Shown here one piece after another: positions 59,177 to 64,000 of a stretch of 64,000 nucleotides of DNA (its first letter is position 1; each line of letters opens with the position of its first letter). A program made the position numbers and the translations under genes. The notes under the pieces were generated by a model. That model saw only the letters and a program-made list of their open reading frames with translations. It made no database searches and was not told the DNA's origin. This DNA is from Myxococcota bacterium (lineage in GTDB: Bacteria > Myxococcota_A > UBA9160 > UBA4427): NCBI GenBank assembly GCA_965250285.1, contig OZ252299.1:1728001-1792000 (forward strand), read 5' to 3'.

Positions 59177-60535
59177 ATGGCCATCCAGAACTGGATCCGC
59201 TGCCACTGGCGGAACGGACGACAGGTTCTTCACGACGTGCCCGAAGCGTGGCACGAAGAGATCGAGGCCCACCTCAAGCGGCACCGAGGGCGGGCGCGCG
59301 ACCTGGGCATGGTGCGCACGGCGAGTCTCAGCTCGGTCGACATTGCGTGGGTCGAGTGCGACGTGCCCCTGGGCTCGCCCGAGGGCGACCTGACGTACCG
59401 GCGCGCACGAGCCGTCCACGCGCTGGTGCGACCCCACGATCACAGTGGCGGCTGGTCGCGGCAGGAGGCTGAGTCGCTGCTGCACCGGCACTACGGCGAG
59501 GCCATCGACAAGGGCATCGCCAGTCAGCACCGAGTGCTCTCCCAGCTCTCGCACCCGGAGGATCTCCCGCACGCCGCCGGCCTGTTCGTCGGGGCCGACG
59601 AGGCGCTGCCGTCCGAGATCGAGCGGCGCGGCGGCAATGCGCACGACCCGGCACGCACCCTCGGCTACGCGCAGCGCCACCTGGTCGATGCGTGGGAAGA
59701 ATGGGTGGCCGCGGGGCGAAATGCCGCTCGTTCTGACCACTCGACCCACGGTGCCGAGTTCGCAAAGACGCGTCCGAACCTCGATGCGATCGCAATCGCG
59801 GCCGAGTCGTCCGGTCCCGCAGCCGCGACGGCAGACGCCGAGCCGGCGGCTGCCACGCCGACACTCGCCCCGGGCGAAGCCGGTTCGTTCGGCGTCGCCG
59901 GGGCAGTGTCGCGGGTCGCGAACGAACCCAGGCCCGACGTGCTCGATCCGGCTGGCTCGGGGATCGATCGGCCCGTCTCGCCGTTCGCCGAAGCGTCTGC
60001 GCCACGCCCGCCCCTCGCCGAGCCGATCGTCTCGACGCCAACCGACGTCGAGATGCATGCGCCGGCCGACTCGGCCCCCTCGCTCCCGCCGAACGACCCG
60101 ACCGTCTCGGCGCCAACCGACGTCGAGACGCATGCGCTCGCCGACACGGCCCCCTCGCTCCCTCCGATCGAGCCGGTTGTCTCGGCGCCAACCGACGTCG
60201 AGATGCATGCGGTCGCCGACACGGCGCCCTCGCTCCCTCCGATCGAGCCGGCGGCGCCGTTCGCCCCGGACGCGCACGCCGAGGCGGAGGCCCCCGACGC
60301 GCGCAGGATCGACCCGCTCCCGCCGCTGCCGCCCATGTCACGGCCGCCGGTCGACCGCACCCCTTCGCCCGGCGCGACGACCGAGCCACAAACCGTGTCG
60401 TCGCCGGCCGAGCCGACGACGCGTCACGACGATCTCTTCGACCTCTCGTCGTCGGGCCACCACCGGCCCGATGCGCCCCAGAGCTCGCTCTCGGGGCTGC
60501 TCGGCCCCTCGCACACGCCGTCGTCCGAGGACTGA
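59177..60535 (+). CDS. Hypothetical protein with globular N-terminus and long Pro/Ala-rich low-complexity C-terminus
   Basis: AGGAG RBS before MAIQNW; long open frame; tandem 25-aa repeats. Confidence 0.65.
   Translation: MAIQNWIRCHWRNGRQVLHDVPEAWHEEIEAHLKRHRGRARDLGMVRTASLSSVDIAWVECDVPLGSPEGDLTYRRARAVHALVRPHDHSGGWSRQEAESLLHRHYGEAIDKGIASQHRVLSQLSHPEDLPHAAGLFVGADEALPSEIERRGGNAHDPARTLGYAQRHLVDAWEEWVAAGRNAARSDHSTHGAEFAKTRPNLDAIAIAAESSGPAAATADAEPAAATPTLAPGEAGSFGVAGAVSRVANEPRPDVLDPAGSGIDRPVSPFAEASAPRPPLAEPIVSTPTDVEMHAPADSAPSLPPNDPTVSAPTDVETHALADTAPSLPPIEPVVSAPTDVEMHAVADTAPSLPPIEPAAPFAPDAHAEAEAPDARRIDPLPPLPPMSRPPVDRTPSPGATTEPQTVSSPAEPTTRHDDLFDLSSSGHHRPDAPQSSLSGLLGPSHTPSSED
60029..60253 (+). repeat. 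75-bp tandem repeat, 3 copies (VS.PTDVE.HA.AD.APSLPP..P)
   Basis: Units start at 60029, 60104 and 60179. Confidence 0.9.
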
Positions 60536-60557
60536 ACGCGGATCGGCGCCGACCGAT

Positions 60558-61358
60558 TCAGACCCAGCCCTTCGCCTTCTCGATCGTGCGCGCGAGCCAC
60601 TGGATCTTCTGCTTTCGAAACAGAAATCCACCGAGGAAGACGATCGGCACCATCCCCCAGCCGAGTCGGTGGAGCGGCGGGTCGGCGAGCAGCGCTTTTT
60701 CGAGCTTCGGCGCATGCGAGAGCGCCTTGTGGTGGATCGTCATCGCGTACTGCGGAAGCGCCGAATACGGCAATAGGTTCACGCGCAGATCCGGGCAGAG
60801 CCGCAGCGCTTCCCAGTAGCAGAACTCGTCGCGCACGCGACCGTCCTCCATCCGCCGGTCGCGTCGCATCATCAGCGCGTGCCATGCCTTGGCGAACCGC
60901 CTGTACCGCTCCGTATTGCGGATCGCCAGCAGACCGTTCCAAGGTGCGCGGGTCTGGGTGTAGTAGAGGCTCACCAGATCAGAGTTCGACAGCTCGAGGA
61001 TGTCGACGAGTTGGGTGAGCTTCGCGCGCACGAACAGGGTCGCATCGAGATACAGAAAGTAGTCGTAGCCCTGCTGCTGCAGAGGGTGAATCCAGAGCTG
61101 CTTGTAGCGCCGGTTCTCTTCGCGGCCATCCTCGACCGGGCCGACGTAGACGACGCGCCACGTCTTCGACGTCAGATTCGGGTCGTCGGTGAAGCAGTAG
61201 TAGTCGACGCCCTCCTCGACGAGGGCCGCCGGGATGTCCTTCAGGTAGTCCCAGTCCTTGAAGACCGTCGTGAAACAGCAGATTCGCCGCGCTTTCGAGG
61301 GAGTCGCTTGACCGAGCTCGCCGAGCTGCATCTGCGACGGTGACCGTAGGTTGTCCAT
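60558..61358 (-). CDS. DUF616 (TOD1/MUCI70-like) glycosyltransferase-like protein with C-terminal membrane anchor
   Basis: FT..F..WD.L, VDYYCFTDD, NRRYK, YDYFLYLDA, RDE; hydrophobic C-terminus. Confidence 0.7.
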   Translation of the reverse strand: MDNLRSPSQMQLGELGQATPSKARRICCFTTVFKDWDYLKDIPAALVEEGVDYYCFTDDPNLTSKTWRVVYVGPVEDGREENRRYKQLWIHPLQQQGYDYFLYLDATLFVRAKLTQLVDILELSNSDLVSLYYTQTRAPWNGLLAIRNTERYRRFAKAWHALMMRRDRRMEDGRVRDEFCYWEALRLCPDLRVNLLPYSALPQYAMTIHHKALSHAPKLEKALLADPPLHRLGWGMVPIVFLGGFLFRKQKIQWLARTIEKAKGWV

Positions 61359-61505
61359 CGATCTTGTCCTGTACGGTGGGCGGGGCGCGTCGATGAAGGT
61401 GCAGACTCGCGCTGTGCATTTCCAGGGAATGCAGCGGGCGTAGAGACCCCTCTCCGCGTCCAGGAGTTCCGCACATGCCCGCCGGGGGGCATCGGGTGAG
61501 ATGCC

Positions 61506-61862
61506 CTAGAAGGGCACGTCGTCGTCGAAGCCGGGAGGGGGACCATCGGGCAGCGGGGGCTCATCGCCGCCACCCCCCGCGCCACGCGCGATCTCCCAGA
61601 CGTCGAGGCTGTTGAAGTACCGGATCTCGCCTTGGGGACTCGTCCACTCGCGACCCCGCAGACTGAACTCGACGGTGACCTCGTCGCCCTTCGAAAACGC
61701 GTCGAGCTGCTCGCACCGATCACCGGTCAGCTGAAACTGGACGAACTGCGGATAGCGACTATCCGGCTCGAGCTCGAGCACGAACTCTCGCTTTCGAAAA
61801 CGCTCGGTGACCTGCTTTGCGTCGAAGATCGCGTGCACGCGACCCGTGGTGTGGTGTCCCAT
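61506..61862 (-). CDS. DUF3127 domain protein (OB-fold, SSB-like acidic tail)
   Basis: FRKREFV, YPQ...F, V.FSLRGREW, YFNSL..W; C-terminus DDDVPF. Confidence 0.88.
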   Translation of the reverse strand: MGHHTTGRVHAIFDAKQVTERFRKREFVLELEPDSRYPQFVQFQLTGDRCEQLDAFSKGDEVTVEFSLRGREWTSPQGEIRYFNSLDVWEIARGAGGGGDEPPLPDGPPPGFDDDVPF

Positions 61863-62020
61863 GGCCGGGAGGATACGCCCGGGCCGCGTCGCCCGACACC
61901 CCCGAATTCGTGCCCATGACGCGCAGCAGACCGATGCTTCAGGTAGCCTCGTCTGTCACGTTTACGGCCCGCGTGCCGAGCCCGTTCTCGATCCACCCAT
62001 CGCCCTACCCCGAGGATCCC

Positions 62021-63139
62021 ATGGCCCTGAGCCCGCTCGACGACTACCTGGCGCATCAGACGATCGACACCTTCGATCGCGTGTTTACGACCGATCGCAA
62101 CTTCTACGATCGGTACTACTTCAACATGCACGCGTGCAGCGACGAGCTCTTCCTCGTTACGGGCATGGGCCAGTACCCGAACCTGGGCACCACTGACGCC
62201 TTCGTCTGCATCTCGCACGGCACCACCCAGTACACCGTGCGCGCCAGTCGCATCCTCGGCTCGGATCGGCTCGACACACGCGTGGGCCCCTTCGAAGTGA
62301 AGGTGCTCGAAGGCCTGCAGAAGATTCAGCTGATCCTCGACGAGAACGAGTGGGGGGTCGCGTTCGACATCACCTTCGAAGGCGTGACTGATCCGCTCCA
62401 GGAGCCGCGGCAGACCGTCACCGAGCTCGGTCGCATCATCCTCGACAGCAATCGCTACGCGCAGCTCGGGCAGTACTCGGGCACGCTGACCGTCGGCGGC
62501 GAGACCTATGCCGTCACGCCCGACCGCTTCAAGGGCGTACGAGATCGATCATGGGGCGTCCGTCCGGTCGGCGAGCGACCGGCACCGGGCATCGGTGCGA
62601 CCGTCGAGCGCAGCGCCGGTTTCTTTCACCAGTGGCTGCCGATGCAGTTCGACGACTTCATGGTGAAGGTCTTCGTCGAAGAGGACGAGAACGGAAAGCG
62701 CACGATGGAGGAGTCGGTCAAGATCTGGAATCAGGGCATCGACCGCCCCGAGCTGCCCATGGGTCGACCCGAGCTCGAGTTCGATTACATCCCCGGCACA
62801 CGCGAGCTGCAGAAGGCGGTGATCCACCTCTCCCCCGAGGAGGGCGAGGCCGTACACGTGACGACGACACCACTGCGTACCGTCTATCTGATGGCCGGCT
62901 CGGGCTACATCCCCGTCGACGGCTGGGGACACGGTGTGTTCCAGGGCGAGCTGAAGGTCGAGGGCCTCACCTACGACATCGGCGACCCGGCGGTGCGCAA
63001 GCAGTACGCGATGCTCAACGAGACGCTCTCACGGTTCGAGCTGTCGACCGGCGAGGTCGGCTACGGCATGCACGAGAACCTCGTGACGGGCGTCTACCAT
63101 CCGCACGGGTTCGATGCGCCGGACGCTGTCGCGAAGTAG
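62021..63139 (+). CDS. Conserved hypothetical protein (AttH/lipocalin-like, actinobacterial-type)
   Basis: DRNFYDRYYFN, GQYPNLG, RY.Q.G, RDRSWGVRPVG. Confidence 0.75.
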   Translation: MALSPLDDYLAHQTIDTFDRVFTTDRNFYDRYYFNMHACSDELFLVTGMGQYPNLGTTDAFVCISHGTTQYTVRASRILGSDRLDTRVGPFEVKVLEGLQKIQLILDENEWGVAFDITFEGVTDPLQEPRQTVTELGRIILDSNRYAQLGQYSGTLTVGGETYAVTPDRFKGVRDRSWGVRPVGERPAPGIGATVERSAGFFHQWLPMQFDDFMVKVFVEEDENGKRTMEESVKIWNQGIDRPELPMGRPELEFDYIPGTRELQKAVIHLSPEEGEAVHVTTTPLRTVYLMAGSGYIPVDGWGHGVFQGELKVEGLTYDIGDPAVRKQYAMLNETLSRFELSTGEVGYGMHENLVTGVYHPHGFDAPDAVAK

Positions 63140-63200
63140 CGCCGGGCGCCGTCGCAAAGGGGCGAGGGCGAGCTGATCGACGGGTCGATCGAAGCGCCGT

Positions 63201-63761
63201 TCAGGCGTCGGGATCGGTGATCGTCGCGATCCAGTCGAACTTCTCGCGCCGGGTCCAGCCCGGCATCTTCGAGCCCTTCTTCATGCGCTCGATCATCGTC
63301 TCGGTCAGCTGGCCATTCTGCATCATCGCGCCGAAGACAGCGCCGGCATTGGTGTGGTCGAAGAAGTCGCGCTGCCACTCCCACTTGAAGTCGCCGGCAT
63401 ACCTGAACCACGAGCCGCCCGTGCCGGCGATCTCATAGACGTTGCCGTCGGGATCCTTCACCGGAGCGATCTGTCGCCAGATGCCGATGAACTCGCCCTT
63501 CTGGTCGTCGATCAGGCGCCGGATGTACGGATAGGTCCAGTGCTCGAGGCCGGCCATCTCCGAGCCAAAGGCGAAGTCGTGGATCTCCTGCCGACCACGC
63601 GCGACGAACTCCCAGTTGGCCCCGGTGTTCCAGCTGTAGAGCGCATCCTCGGTGAAGAAGCCGCTCATCTTGCTCCAGTCGCCGGTGCGCCCCGCCTCGT
63701 CGTTCGCGGCGACCCAGCGATCGACCATCTCTTCGAGCTCGTCTCGGGGGAATGCGGGCAT
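63201..63761 (-). CDS. Nuclear transport factor 2/SnoaL-like protein (Rv0762c-like)
   Basis: PRDELE..V.RW..AN, GDW, EM.GL..W.YPY, G.GGSWFRY, WQRDFFD. Confidence 0.85.
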   Translation of the reverse strand: MPAFPRDELEEMVDRWVAANDEAGRTGDWSKMSGFFTEDALYSWNTGANWEFVARGRQEIHDFAFGSEMAGLEHWTYPYIRRLIDDQKGEFIGIWRQIAPVKDPDGNVYEIAGTGGSWFRYAGDFKWEWQRDFFDHTNAGAVFGAMMQNGQLTETMIERMKKGSKMPGWTRREKFDWIATITDPDA

Positions 63762-63800
63762 CTTTGCGTCCTCTCTGTCGTCGATCGGCTCCGTGGCCGT

Positions 63801-63995
63801 TCAGTCTTCGATCGTGATCGCGAACGTCGGGCAGTACTTCGCCGCTCTGCGGACGGCCTCGCGCTGGGACTCGCCGGCCTCGGCGATCTGCAGCCTCGCC
63901 AGATGCGCATCATCGTCGAGCTCGAACACGTCGGGAGCTTCGGCGACGCAGACGCCGTGTCCCTGACAGAGGTCGAGATCGATCTTGATCTTCAC
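63801..63995 (-). CDS. 3Fe-4S ferredoxin (P450 redox-partner type, Rv0763c-like)
   Basis: CQGHGVC...CP motif (CxxHxxC); GTG start overlapping an upstream TGA. Confidence 0.9.
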   Translation of the reverse strand: MKIKIDLDLCQGHGVCVAEAPDVFELDDDAHLARLQIAEAGESQREAVRRAAKYCPTFAITIED

Positions 63996-64000
63996 CGCGT

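Noticed and set aside
60029..60253. 75-bp repeats as a possible CRISPR array
   Set aside because: In-frame coding tandem repeats with no unique spacers and no cas genes

Overview
High-GC bacterial window, most consistent with a Myxococcota/deltaproteobacterial lineage (inferred from gene content: PEP-CTERM protein, EPS locus, actinobacteria-like lipid oxidoreductases). Bases 1-41 kb form a large surface-polysaccharide locus with glycosyltransferases, a Wzx flippase, a CDP-sugar/C-methyltransferase/DUF4910/PIG-L module, deacetylases, a sulfotransferase, an ATP-grasp ligase and lyase-like secreted proteins. Its centre is a ~3,350-3,450 aa secreted protein that fuses an intact galactose-oxidase-type copper radical oxidase to lectin-like repeats, a beta-propeller, a di-heme cytochrome c peroxidase-like domain and five thrombospondin-C-like domains with an exact 1,122-bp period. 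An initiator tRNA-Met interrupts the locus and carries a 736-bp, integrase-free, single-gene insert bounded by a duplicated tRNA 3' end. Bases 41-64 kb hold metabolic and regulatory genes (ECF/anti-sigma, TetR with a flavin monooxygenase, aqpZ, an osmoprotectant ABC transporter, an F420-type LLM) and end in a ferredoxin/NTF2 pair resembling the mycobacterial cyp51 neighbours. All family calls are from motif recognition by eye; no searches were run.
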